From positions 221,898,001-221,962,000 of the forward strand of contig OZ024740.1 of NCBI GenBank assembly GCA_964016885.1: a DNA stretch of 64,000 nucleotides. The letters are read 5' to 3'. How positions within the stretch are numbered: position 1 is the first letter of the stretch; each line of letters opens with the position of its first letter. Made by a program: the position numbers and the translations under genes. Origin of the DNA: Eledone cirrhosa (lineage: Eukaryota). Positions 1 to 13,882 of this stretch are shown piece after piece. Below the pieces are notes generated by a model. It did not search any database. It was given only the letters and a program-made list of their open reading frames with translations, and was not told where the DNA came from.

Positions 1-945
1 GAGCTCATTTATAAAGGTGTGACATTCTTTAAGTTTCTCGATGTTTTCGTGCCAAAGGACGAAGCAGTAATTTAGATATCTCTTCCAGTTTTTTCTATGT
101 GTAAGTGGAGAGTGTTTCCAAATTTGTTTAGTACTTTAGTGTAGAGGGTGATTTCCAGGTATCCCATGACTAGGTTGGCATAAGTGGGGGCCGTTTTCGT
201 TCCCATAGGGGTCCCAGATTTCTGCCTATAGAATTTGTTATTGAAAACGAAGTAATTATTCTCCAAGATAAATTTCAGTCCTTCTATCCCGAATTCTTTT
301 TTGATGCGTTTTGGGAGTTCATTGTGGTAATTATCCAGCCAGAATTGGATAGCTTCTATTCCTAGGTTGTAGGGGATTTTGGAGTATAGGTTGACTACAT
401 CGAACGTCACTAGCAGGGTTTGTTCAGTAAGGAGTATATTAGGGAGGTGGTTGAGCATATCTAGGTCGGCCCTTATGTAGCTTTTAATGTGTTTGAGAAA
501 AGGCTTGAGAAGGGTATCAATGAAGTTGTTAAGGCGGTGGGTTTCGCAAGCGGGGCCTGCTATTATAGGTCTTAATTTGAGATCATTAGGTGAGGGGACA
601 TTGATGACAATGTCTGTGGCTGCCTTGCCTGCCTTACTTATTAATTCGCTCTTATGTACATTAGGAATACCGTAGAAAAGGCTGGATTTACTTGTTAAGT
701 CTGTGATGTAGCTGAATTCCTTGTTAGTGAGTCCTTCTTTGTATGGGTTGACCAGAGCTTTTAGGTTTCTCATATTTTTCTGTTGATTGTAGTGTTCAGG
801 CTATTCGTTGTATGTTTCGTTTTCCAAAGTGGAGAGCGCTAAGTTGATATAGAATTCTGTCTCCATTAGGACTAATTCACTACCTTTATCAGCCTCTTTA
901 ATTGTAATGGTTCTGTCGGTTTTTAATCTATTTAATTCTTCCCAT
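1..945 (-). mobile_element. Penelope-like retroelement reverse transcriptase fragment (decayed)
   Basis: ORF 72..773 has PLE RT motifs LRPIIAG, LVTFDVVNLY, FILENNYF, YRQKSGTPMG..AP.YANL. IKEADKG lies upstream (~880-905). A frameshifted continuation reads WKRYLNYCF where the YxDD motif is expected. Confidence 0.9.
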
Positions 946-949
946 CCTT

Positions 950-972
950 ATACACGCACACACACACACACA

Positions 973-1004
<32 letters not shown>

Positions 1005-1008
1005 TGCA

Positions 1009-1089
<81 letters not shown>

Positions 1090-1090
1090 A

Positions 1091-1126
<36 letters not shown>

Positions 1127-1154
1127 CACACGCACGCACGCACGCACACACGCA

Positions 1155-1242
<88 letters not shown>
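950..1242. repeat. Compound microsatellite (CA)n/(CACG)n/(TA)n
   Basis: Directly visible tandem repeats. Confidence 0.97.
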
Positions 1243-1245
<3 letters not shown>

Positions 1246-1405
1246 GTGGTAACACAACAGTTAGTTCACCATACAGAGAACAATTGTTTCACTTTAGCGG
1301 ATACTCAGCTCGTCTATCAATTATATTGATACTTATATAAATATAAGTATCAATATTCATGAATGGGACATAGATATATAATATGAGAAATTAAACATTG
1401 TTCAA

Positions 1406-1514
1406 TAATTGTTTCTACTTTAGGCACAAGGCCAGCAATTACCCAGTTCATTACTGGTACTTTATTTTATCGACCCCGTAAGGATGAAAGGCAAAGTCAA
1501 CCTCGGCTGGATTC
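1406..1514 (-). mobile_element. SINE family A, 3' fragment
   Basis: Reverse complement of the 3' half of the SINE at 4891-5077. Confidence 0.85.
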
Positions 1515-2569
1515 AATAATGACCATATGTTTAGTTTAGAAACTTGAGATCAATATACCAAAATCTGAGTTCAAAATGTAGCCTTGCTATAGAGATTAGT
1601 ATTTTATGCAAAGACATACAAATATATATGTATATATACATACATATAGATACGCACGTCCTGAAAATAGAAATTATGTTTACTCAAGCCAACAATATAG
1701 CCATACGAAATGTAAATGATTTCTCTTAATCACTGCTATACATTCCTTGTGTTATAAAAATTTCACAGTATATATATACAAATATATACGATTAACAATC
1801 ATGTCCTCATATATACGATTACCATTCATGTGTTTAACATTATGCACATCTGCAACATACCTCTCAACGACATAGATATATACACATACATATATACACA
1901 TACATATGTATAAATAAATATTTGCGTGCGTCCTCATGCATCACTCATGCATATATACAGACACATATACAAACAGAAAAAATCTATAACACTTTCTATG
2001 CATGTTAATACACACATATGCATTTGTATAGAGATAATCCAATATCAATAAATTACCAAAGGATTATAATTTGTAAACATAACCATAACAATATAAATTT
2101 AAAATACCAAAGGAATATATTTTGGAAATGCAACTATATAGTCAAAAGAAATCTAGAAATATCAAAGCATTAAATATCATTAAAACACTATAGAGTATCT
2201 TAAGTTAAAATAATATGTTTTATATATTTAGTATAGAAATTTATCCTACGTATATCTCAATCAAGATATTGAGAGGGTAGACTTGTGAAAGTTATGAGAG
2301 GCTATCATAATCAAAACAAATAAATAAAAATAATTTAAAAGATTAAAAAAATTAAAAGAACCCAATGATTCTACAGATAACCTTATATTTAGTATAGAAA
2401 TTTACCTTACGTATATTTTATTTAATACATTGGAAGTATAGACATTTTAGAGTAGTTTATTATATCCATGTTTATATTTAGGAAGAAAGTTTAAAAAGAA
2501 AAAGGTGAAGGAATCTAATGGATTATCGACAGGTTCCATATATTAACTAAAATTACTTAATTACTTATA

Positions 2570-3090
2570 CTACATTTTAAATTTATATTTATATTTAAAC
2601 GTTGAGTTCAATCTATGTCTGCAGCAACTGAATAAATTGTTCCTTAGATTAAGGGAATTTTTGGACTTTAATATAAAGAATATTTCTTCAATACAAAGAT
2701 CACAATTTTCTGAAGAGGAATTAAAAGGAGTAGCTTTGAAATAATATTCCAATTCATCGAATATTTAATATTATCTCGTTTTAGGTCCCATAGTAGGCTA
2801 AATAGCGAAGTTGAAGATTTTTTGTTTGGATCTGTGAAAGAATTCTTATGATTATTGAACCGAAATTTAAATTCTGTAGAGGTGGAACCAACATAGTTAA
2901 ATGAATTTAAATTAGTTTTAACATTACAATTGTACACTACATTTTTAGCTAAGCAGTTGTTACTTAACAGACAGTTAGATTTATTTCTACAGTTACAGTT
3001 ATTTAATTGAATATTGTTTGGGTTATTATTGGTATTTTGGTTAGGTTTTAAATTCCTATTATTAATTCTATAATTCCTATTATTAATTCT
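2570..3090 (-). mobile_element. PLE C-terminal GIY-YIG endonuclease fragment
   Basis: CNCR..NC....CL.KNVVY, YVGST.TEFK.RFNNHK.SF, CDLC..E and CRHR motifs across frameshifted ORFs 2668..2937 and 2570..2752. Confidence 0.85.
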
Positions 3091-3094
3091 ATAA

Positions 3095-3390
3095 TTCTAT
3101 AATAATAATAATAAGCAAACTAATCAAAATAATAACAATTTCAATTACGGTAACAACTTTAACAACTATAATAGAAAACATTACAATATTTCCAAAAGCC
3201 GAAAAAGAAATAGAACTAGAAATATATTATGGTTTGCTCCCCCTTTCTCATTAAATATTAAAACCCCTATTGCTAAACTATTCTTTAAAGCTCTTGACAC
3301 ACGCTTCCCTAGAACACATAGATATCACTAAATTTTTAATAGACACACTATAAAATTAACTTACTCGTCCACCAAAAATTTAGCACATGG
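3095..3390 (+). mobile_element. Inverted upstream segment of the same PLE (RT-endonuclease linker)
   Basis: Plus strand reads RNRTRNILWFAPPFSLNIKT...IFNRHTIKLTYSSTKN, the region that precedes this type of GIY-YIG domain in PLEs. Confidence 0.75.
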
Positions 3391-3398
3391 GATCAGCA

Positions 3399-3454
<56 letters not shown>

Positions 3455-3763
3455 TGCTGATCCCACGTGGATTGAGTAAAAGTCTTCCCCTGTATTATTG
3501 AACTAAAAGCCTGTTGAAAAAGCGACTTCCTTGTTCAACATCTTACCAGAAGCCGGACATTTTTTATGTAGGCGGATGGTACCTGATTTTGGAGCCGCAG
3601 AAACCCAAATGCTGGATTTTACCACCTTTCCAGTGGGTCCGGGTAAATTTTTCAATCATGTATACTTTTATTTGTTTGACCCGAATTACTTGATCGTATT
3701 TTTTGGCTGTGCGAATGATTGTTTAAGCATCGTCTCAGTGTGTTTGGTATTAAACCACTGAGC

Positions 3764-4890
<1,127 letters not shown>

Positions 4891-5071
4891 GGGCGGTGGA
4901 TTGGCAGTATCGGTAGAGGGTCGGACGCCATGCTTTCCAGCATAGTTACGTCCCTTTACGATCTGAGTTCAAATCCCGCCGAGGTTGACTTTGCCTTTCA
5001 TCCTTACGGGGTCGATAAAATAAAGTACCAGTAATGCACTGGGTAATTGCTGGCCTTGTGCCTAAAGTAGA

Positions 5072-5077
<6 letters not shown>
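4891..5077 (+). mobile_element. tRNA-derived SINE family A, full length
   Basis: A-box-like tggcagtatcggtag, B-box gagttcaaatccc, central block gcctttcatcct..ggggtcgataaa (resembles the MetaSINE central domain). About ten copies in the window. Confidence 0.88.
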
Positions 5078-5106
<29 letters not shown>

Positions 5107-5130
5107 CTATATATATATATATATATATAT

Positions 5131-5169
<39 letters not shown>

Positions 5170-5170
<1 letters not shown>

Positions 5171-5385
5171 AGGCGTGTGGCTGAGTGGTTAGAGAACTGG
5201 ATTCGCAATCGTAAGGTTGGGAGTTCGATTCCTGGACCAGGCGATGCGTTATGTCCTTGAGCAAGACACTTTATTTCACGTTGCTCCTTCTACCTGGAGT
5301 TGCGACCGATAGATAGTATTAGCAATTGGAAAGACCAACGGAAACATTGTTCCCTCGGTCCGATTTGACAAAAGTCGATCGTTCC
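5170..5385 (+). mobile_element. tRNA-derived SINE family B (CORE-like)
   Basis: A box tggctgagtgg, B box gttcgattcc, CORE-like tgtccttgagcaagacact. Near-identical copy at 22233-22443. Confidence 0.85.
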
Positions 5386-5496
5386 TTTATATATATATAT
5401 ATAAAGTAGAAGGAGTATTTAATTTGTTGGAAGTCCGACAAATATAAATGTTTATAACTGATTTAGAGCACTCAACAGTTAACTGGAGTAAATATT

Positions 5497-6289
5497 GAAT
5501 GATATTAAATAAATGGAAACTATATTTATAAAACCATATTTATTTTATTATATATATTTCAAGGGTACCAAGAAACATTGGTACACTTTCATCAGATGCA
5601 ATACAAAGTTTGTTTTATAAATAGAGACATACCCATGATAATCATACCTTAACGGTTGGGTATTCACTGGATAGTGGAAATATATTAGGGATTTTTCAAA
5701 CTTATGTGTGAATATGCAAATGAATATGAAAATAATTGAAAAACAACCGTTTATTTAAACGACTATGGATAGAGAGAGAGAGAAGAGATCAGAGGAGAAG
5801 GATAAAATAGTGCGAGAGAGATAGAGAGACGAAACAAACAAGAGAAGATGAATAAAAACTCATATAACGTTAATTTGAGGAAATATATTCTAAGTATATA
5901 TCTTAATAGTACGTGTATTTACGATTATTAGTTGTTTAAAATTTGTTTATAATATAATATTTTTTCTTCTTTTATAAGTAGATAAATAAATAAATAAATA
6001 AATAAATAAATACATAAATAAATAAATAAATAAATAAATAAATAGATGGGTATATCATGTTATAGATAATTGTTCTAATGAGTTATGTTGGATATTGGTT
6101 TTGTATTTAATGTAAATAAATATTAAGTTAAATTAAATGAAATTAAGTGAGTTAATAAGAATATTTATATTTATATGATTTAAAATGGGAAGATACGGAA
6201 AAAACTGCAGTTTAATTTATTTATTCGTTGGTGTGAGACGATATAGTCAAAATAAGTATAGATGTTGAAAGATACATTTAACCAGAATC
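5497..6289 (-). repeat. Inverted copy of the PLE terminal (pLTR/3'UTR) region at ~12190-12981
   Basis: About 800 bp reverse-complementary to ~12200-12981, including a minus-strand hammerhead at ~5541-5603. Continues at 11240-11262 beyond the Gypsy insertion. Confidence 0.88.
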
Positions 6290-6561
6290 TGTTGTATGGA
6301 CTGGAAATCGAACTCACAACCTCATTGTTGTATGGACTGTTAAATTCGTTTTATTCAATTTACACGTGCTCACACATTTGCATATGAATCACGTGACCTG
6401 GGCAGTCAGTCAGCGTTGGTATTAAAAACTCGGTCACAGACCACTTACTTTATGTTATTCTGCTACCGTGAGGAGGGGCGTTTTGGTTGTTTCGTACAAT
6501 GCACAAATTATTTGATATAAATCGTTGTGTTTTCTCTGCGAGTACCGAGAGGAATACAAGA
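6290..6561 (+). repeat. 5' LTR (272 bp)
   Basis: Matches the 3' LTR with 4 substitutions and two 4-bp indels by eye. Terminal CA is mutated to GA. Confidence 0.95.
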
Positions 6562-6569
6562 GAGTTTAT

Positions 6570-6588
6570 TGGCGTCGCCGATAGGATT
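6570..6588 (+). promoter_or_regulatory. Primer binding site, tRNA-Ser-like
   Basis: TGGCGTCGCCGATAGGATT just downstream of the LTR resembles the complement of tRNA-Ser 3' ends. Confidence 0.7.
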
Positions 6589-6690
6589 TACCTACATTGC
6601 CGATAGTATTTACCTACATTGCCGATAGGATTTGCCTACATTGCCGATAGGATTTGCCTACATTGCCGGGAAATTGTTTATCATAAAAAC

Positions 6691-9600
6691 ATGGCGGAAC
6701 AACAAACAGCGGAGCTAATAAAGTTGTTTAGAGAACAGATGGAACAACAAATGCAACAACAGGAACAACAAATGCAACAACACAAGAAAGATATGGACAC
6801 TCTGATAAAACTGTTTGGTGCTCGAGATTCTGAACAACAGAGTTTGTTGGCGTCGCCAGTTGCTTCGACACCAACAGCATTTATCCCACCATTTGCTGCT
6901 TTTGATTCAACAACAGAACTATGGCCTGATTACTGGTCAAGATTCTGCACGTTTGTGGCTGCTAACGCTGTACCCGAGCAACGCATGGCACAAGTGTTCC
7001 TGACTAATCAGACGGCTGCTATCTACAAACAACTTGCAAATCTGGCTGCTCAATAAAATCCGCCTAAGGATATCAACAAGTTGACAATGGACGAAATTGT
7101 TGACTTCATGAAAGAACAGTTCGACCCAAAACTTTTCATTGTGAGAGAACGTTTCAAGTTCTGGAGTGACATGCAACGGAAGCCAGGCGAAACTCTCCAG
7201 GAGCTGGCAGCACGTATACGTCAGGATGCAACTACCTGTGATTTTCCTTCGATCACAAATCCACAAAATGAAGTTCTAAGACAGAGATTTATATGTTCTG
7301 TCAATAATGAAGCTGTGTTGAAGGCTATTTTCAAGATCAAGGATACAGAAGTAGATTTCGCCCGTGCTGCCCAAGTTGCCATCGGGACCGAAGACGCAGC
7401 AAAGGTTGCCAAGGAAACTGTTTACGGTTCCAAAACCAAGCAAGTCTACAAGGTCCAGCAGAACAAGAACAAGGGTCCTCGAAAGAACCATCAGCAGTCT
7501 TATTCCACAGACCAGGAGATGTGCTACCGATGTGGAAAGGCCCACAAAGCGACAGACTGCCCCTTCAAAGAAGCCAAATGTCATTTTTGTGACAAAAAGG
7601 GACATTTGCAAGCGGTGTGTAGAAAGAAACAACATCAGCAACGTAATCATCGCTCACAGAATTACGTGAAAAGAATCACGAAAGCTGAGCTAGTCAAGGC
7701 GATCCTTGGTGAAGTTCCCCACGATACTCATAGTTTGAATGTGCCAATAACAATCCAGAACAGACTTTTCACAATGGAATTGGACACAGCTACTACAGGC
7801 AATTTTGTTTCCTTGTCAGTTTGGAAACAATTAGGAAAACCGAAGCTGCAAGATGTCAAACATCGGTTTGAATCTGCCAGCAAGCACGACCTTCCCGTTC
7901 TGGGAACTTTCATGGGCCAAACCAAGGATCCAACGACCGGTAAACGGAATTCAATGCCCTACATCGTCACCAAGATCCCTGATCTTAATTTGCTGGGACG
8001 AAACGCTATCCAGACTCTGGGAATTTCCGTGGACAATGCTCTAGGATTGAAAAGCATAGACAGCCAGGCCAAGAGTGAGGGTGAAGAAGTGATGCATCCG
8101 AAGACCTCAAATGAGCCCTATATTTCCATGCAACGATATTGTAACAACATGTGTGATGAATTCCCAGATCTCTTCAAGCAAGAATTGGGATGTCTTAATG
8201 ACTTCGAACTGGAAGTGAAGTTCAAGTCGGACGCGACACCGGTCTTTCACAAAGCACGCCCGGTCCCGTTTGCTCTTCGTGATGACCTGGCCAAAGGTTA
8301 CGAAGAAGGCATCGCCAAAGGAATATGGAAGCCAGTACAGTTCAACGAATACGGAACGCCAGTGGTACCGATTCGTAAAGCACATACTTCAGGCAACCTG
8401 AAGCCCAAACTACGGATTAGTGGTGACTACTCTGTGGGAATTAATGATCAACTTGTAGATCATCGTCATCCAATGCCACTCCCAGAGGAACTGATGCAGG
8501 AGCTCGGAGGTGGATTCGGATACACAAAGGTTGATCTTGCTGATGCTTATAATCAGATTAAGCTGGCTCCAGAAAGTCAACGCAGGCTTGCACTCAGCAC
8601 TCACCGTGGGGTGCTCCTGCAGGAACGACTCCCTTTCGGAATCAAGTCAGCACCTGGTTACTTTCAGGAGATCATGGAAAACCTGACTCAATATCTACCT
8701 GGTGTGGCCGTCTTCCAGGACGACATGCTCGTCAGTGGGAAAGATGCAAACGATCACCTGAACAACCTAAAGTGTCTGCTCACACGTCTGTGCGACAAAG
8801 GACTCAGATGTCGCCGTGACAAGTGCCAGTTTGCACTACCCTGTGTGGAATACCTTGGACACGCCTTGTCGGCTGAAGGGATCGTGAAGGGATCCAAGGT
8901 CGAAGCAGTTTTAAAGATGCCACCTCCAACGAACGTCTCAAGCTTGAAGTCTTTCCTGGGTTCAGTTCAGTTCTATGGAAAGTTTATCCCAAACCTGGCC
9001 AGCATGGCAGAGCCACTCTATTGCCTTACGAAAAAAACGACTACTTGGAAGTGAGGAGATGAAGAACAGTCAGCTTTCGATCAGTTGAAAAATGTGCTTT
9101 CATCGGATCGAGTTCTGATACACTTCGATCCAAACAAAACTTTGGAACTGGCTTGCGGCGCGTCAAACGTTGGTATTGGAGCAGTCCTGTTTCATCGCTA
9201 TCCTGATGGAAGCGAGCGCCCAATATCCAATATGTCCAAGACTCTTACTTCTGCACAGCGTAACTACGGCCAAATTCAAAAGGAAGCCCTGGCCATCATA
9301 TTTGGCTTGCAGAAGTTCTATCAGTATCTGTACGGACATCAGTTTATACTCGTAACTGGCCACAAGCCACTGACATCACTGTTCAGTCCGAGGAAAGGGA
9401 CGCCACTTCTCGCTGCTAACCGACTAGCACGGTGGGCCCTGTGACTGAACCAGTTTGACTACACCATCGAATATCGGAAAACAGCGGATCATGGCAATGC
9501 AGATGCTCTCAGTCGCTTGCCATTTGGTAATGACATCGACTTTGACAGGAAGGAAAATGGTGAAGACATGGACATGGTGTGCGTCATCAAAGCTCTCAGT

Positions 9601-10933
9601 CTTCAAGTCCAACCTATCGATGCTAACGTCCTCCGTCAAGAGTCAGGGAACGATCCAGTGATATCTACAGTCATACGCTACGTCAGTGAAGGCTGGCCAC
9701 CAAAGAATACTGAGATCAATGACGAAGTCAATAAGTTCCGGAAGTTATCGGATTCACTCAGTATCTGTCACGGATGCCTTATCCATGGATCGAGAGTTGT
9801 GATTCCACATAGCTTACAGCCAAAGATCCTCAATCTTCTGCATCTCGGACACTTTGGCATGGAACGCATGAAACAATTGGCCTGGTATGGATGCTGCTAT
9901 AGAGAAAACTAGTCGACAATGTGATTCGTGTGGTGAACATCAAAACCAGCCATCCAAGTCTCCAGTTCACCCATGGATGTTACCTGAAAAGCCGTGGAGC
10001 CGCTTACACCTGGACCACGCAATAAATTTCATGGGCAGTAATTGGTTGGTGATCACGGATGCTTATTCCAAGTATCCATGTATTCATCCTACGTCATCCA
10101 TGTCCTCCAGAGCCACTTTAGATCAGCTTGAAGAAGACTTTGCGCACTTCGGATTTCCTCACACGCTAGTCACCGATAACGCACCAACTTTTATTTCTGA
10201 GGAGTTCCAGAGCTGGTGCAAAGAACGTGGGATCACGCACCTGACAGGGGCACCTTACCACCCAGCTACCAACGGAGCAGCGGAATGTTTGGTGCAGACC
10301 TTCAAACAAGCTCTGAGGAAGACTTCTCTTCCGCCGAAGCGAGCACTTCAAGAGTTCTTGATGCAGTACCGGAGAACATCGACATCCAGTGGATTCTCTC
10401 CGAGTGAACTTTTGAATCACCGGCAGATACGGACAAGGATTGATTCTCTGCTGCCCTCGCCAGCACACATCGCTCAAGGCAAGCAGTCTAAGGAAGCATA
10501 TAAGTCTCAGATGACTCCGGACTCGGCAGATGTCGCTAAGGTTACCAGGCAGTACAAGGCTGGAGATCCTGTGTATGCACTGTACTACGGACCTCGCCGA
10601 GACAAAGATCCCTGATGGATACCAGCAATCATTAAGAAGTCATTGGGTACTCGCTGCTTCAACGTTAAGGTCATACCTCATGGCCCGGTGTGGAGACGAC
10701 ACTGGGAACAGCTGCAACCGCGGTACACTACTGAGGAAGACAATGAACCTGGTGATGCAGTAGACACTGTTTTTGAATTTGCAACAGATCACCCGATGGA
10801 GATCTCGGAAATCGTGCCACTAACTCCAAGACAGACCAGACCCAAGACCTTATTGCCCGTTCCAGAGTATGGACCAGACAATCGAAGACGGTCCAAGAGA
10901 ACTCGTAAGCCCCCAGAGAGACTTTGCTGTTGA
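6691..10933 (+). pseudogene. Gypsy gag-pol polyprotein, disrupted
   Basis: Two CCHC knuckles, protease LDTA, RT VDLADAY/LPFG/FQDD, RNase H, integrase HHCC and D-D-E. Stops at 7054, 9052, 9442, 10613 and a frameshift near 9885. Confidence 0.93.
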
Positions 10934-10957
10934 TGCTTCTTTTGTCGCATCAATTTC

Positions 10958-10967
10958 GGTGGGGAGG
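10958..10967 (+). promoter_or_regulatory. Polypurine tract
   Basis: ggtggggagg immediately before the 3' LTR. Confidence 0.8.
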
Positions 10968-11239
10968 TGTTGTATGGACTGGAAATCGAACTCACAACCT
11001 CATTGTTGTATGGACTGTTAAATTCGTTTTATTCAATTTACACGTGCTCACACATTTGCATATGAATCACGTGACCTGGGCAGTCAGTCAGCGTTGGTAT
11101 TAAAAACTCGGTCACAGACCACTTACTTACTTTATGTTATTCTGCTACCGCGAGGAGGGGCGTTTTGGTTGTTTCGTACAATACACAAATTGATATAACT
11201 CGTTGTGTTTTCTCTGCGAGTACCGAGAGGAATACAACA
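10968..11239 (+). repeat. 3' LTR (272 bp)
   Basis: TG...CA ends, matches the 5' LTR. Confidence 0.95.
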
Positions 11240-11269
11240 GAATCAGTTAGTGGTTATAAATCTAACGAC

Positions 11270-12981
11270 TCTATCCATATCAGGTTTGAAAGAGAAGTTG
11301 AAGATTTTTTATCAAATCTTCGGAAAGAGCAATTGTGGTTATTCCAGCGACTTTTAAATTCTGTAGCAGTTTCACCGACTTAGTTGAATATATTATCACT
11401 AGTTTTAACTGTACATTTATAGACCACGTTTTTATCTAAACACTTATTTTGTAAAGGACAGTTTGATTTAATTCTACAGATACATTTTGCGGAGTTGTTG
11501 TTGTTCGGAACGGTACTATTATGTTGGATATTGCTAGAGATATTACTGCTATTTTGGTTATTTTGGTTAGGGTTTAAATTTCTATTATTAATTCTATTTA
11601 TATTTTGTGCTATGTTCTCTTTCAAACCTGATATGGAACTTAAAATGCAAGAATATGGACTATTCATTAGCTTGGGAAACAGTTTCAAAAGCACCCGCGT
11701 ACCGAAACACAGCTTTATCTAGATTCTGCAAATTGTGTATTGAGGAAATTTTTTACATACTTAAATGTAAAAACTCTATTAATCTAAGAACGAATTTATT
11801 TAATTCTTGTAGACATCGCGAGAATTCAACATTCAGAATTATATATAACTTATAATTATACTTATAATATTTCTACTTATTTCCATAACAATCTCATCCA
11901 CTTGGTTTTAATAAATTGATATCTCTAAATCATAATATATATAACATTTGCTGTAATTCCACTTCTTAAAGTTTCATAAAATATATACGTATATAATTCT
12001 AATCCTTTTTAAACATTTTAATTTTAATTCTAATAATTTTTTATTTCTTTAATTTTAATTTTTTAAATTTTTATTTCTTTAAAAATTACTTATCTCTTAT
12101 AAATTATTTTAAGAAAAAGTTTTCTCAAATTTTTCAATATTTTTTCAATACTTTTCCAATATTTTTTTAATACTTTATCAATATCTTTCAATTGATTTAT
12201 AACCACTAACTGATTCTGGCTAAATGTATCTTTCAACATCTATACTTATTTTGACTAAATAGTCTCACACTAACGAATAAATAAATTAAACTGGAGTTTT
12301 TTTCCGTATCTTCCCATTTTAAATCATATAAATATAAATATTCTTATTAACTCAGTTAATTTAATTTAATTTAACTTAATATTTATTTACATTAAATACA
12401 AAACCAATATCCCCCATAACTCATTAGAACAATTATCTATAACATGATATACTCATCTATTTATTTATTTATGTATTTATTTATTTATTTATTTATTTAT
12501 CTACTTATAACAGAAGAAAAAATATTATATTATAAACAAATTTTAAACAACTAATAATCGTAAATACACGTACTATTAAGATATATACTTAGAATATATT
12601 TCCTCAAATTAACGTTATATGAGTTTTTATTCATCTTCTCTTGTTTCTTTCTTCTCTCTATCTCTCTCGCACTATTTTATCCTTCTCCTCTCATCTATTC
12701 CCACTCTCTATCCATAGTCGTTTAAATAAACGGTTGTTTTTCAATTATTTACATATTCATTTGCATATTCACACATAAGTTTGAAAAATCCCTAATATAT
12801 TTCCACTATCCAGTGAATACCCAACCGATAAGGTATGATTGTCATAGGTATGTCTCTATTTATAAAACAAACTTGGTATTTTATCTGATGAAAGCGTACC
12901 AATGTGTCTTGGTAGCCTTGAAATATATATAATAAAATAAATATGTTTTATAAATATAGTTTCCATTTATTTAATATCATT
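11270..12981 (+). mobile_element. 5'-truncated PLE with internal inversion (GIY-YIG end plus 3'UTR/pLTR)
   Basis: 11270-11610 on minus reads CICRIKSNCPL..CL.KNVVYKC...VGETATEFKSRWNNH. 11611-11855 on plus reads SLSNLIW...CKLCIEE...CRHR. An AT-rich 3' region follows and ends in a hammerhead. Confidence 0.87.
12877..12939 (+). ncRNA. Type I hammerhead ribozyme in PLE terminal repeat
   Basis: tattttat-CTGATGA-aagcgtacca...tggtagcctt-GAAA-tatata-TA-ataaaata. Confidence 0.8.
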
Positions 12982-13108
12982 GTGTATATATATATATATA
13001 TATACAAAATTAAGATAATCAAAATTATGGGTGTCATGCCAGAAAGACATGCACCATATCACCCGCAAAATAAGCTCTAAGAGTCTAAACGAATAGGTCC
13101 GAACATTT

Positions 13109-13408
13109 TATAATAACTAGAAATTGATTAACATATAAATAAACATGAATAATCACAGCAGATAATTTTTACAAGTGTGCAAGCACACATAGCTAGGTAG
13201 GTAACTAAATAAAGTTAACCAGAACTTCAAAAATAGATACCTTATAATGTAATATATACAGGGAAGATTAATCATATTACAAGGTATCTATTTTTGAAGT
13301 TCTGGTTAACTTTATTTAGTTACCTACCTAGCTATGTGTGCTTACACACTTGTAAAAATTATCTCCTGTGATTATTCATGTTTATTTATATGTTAATCAA
13401 TTTCTAGT

Positions 13409-13415
<7 letters not shown>
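13109..13415. repeat. Long hairpin (about 140-bp arms) at the end of a TA-flanked insertion
   Basis: 13109-13250 is reverse-complementary to 13275-13415. Confidence 0.9.
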
Positions 13416-13446
<31 letters not shown>

Positions 13447-13501
13447 TGCAGAGAATATAACTCAACATGTTTGTTTATGGCGAGTGGGGAATAACTACAA
13501 T

Positions 13502-13823
<322 letters not shown>

Positions 13824-13882
13824 ATATATATATATATATATATAATAACTATATATACACTGCTAGTATATATAAATATATA

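Larger units (their letters stand above)
6290..11239 (+). mobile_element. Full-length Ty3/Gypsy LTR retrotransposon (Mag-like)
   Basis: LTRs 6290-6561 and 10968-11239 (TGTTGTAT...ATACAACA), GAATC target duplication at 6285-6289 and 11240-11244, PBS, PPT and a gag-pol frame. Confidence 0.96.

Noticed and set aside
907-1329. ORFs made of YI, HT, CV, SL or RE dipeptide repeats here and throughout (e.g. 38129-39154)
   Set aside because: They are translations of microsatellites that lack stop codons, not genes.
5170-5245. tRNA gene (also 4891 and 28744)
   Set aside because: A and B boxes are present but there is no complete cloverleaf. The 4891 and 5170 cases continue into SINE bodies.
6577-6668. 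Short repeat array resembling CRISPR
   Set aside because: Head-to-tail repeats with no spacers, inside a eukaryotic LTR element.
9052-10615. In-frame TGA codons in Gypsy pol as selenocysteine or programmed readthrough
   Set aside because: They fall at likely Trp/Arg positions, and the frame also has a TAA stop and a frameshift, so ordinary decay explains them.
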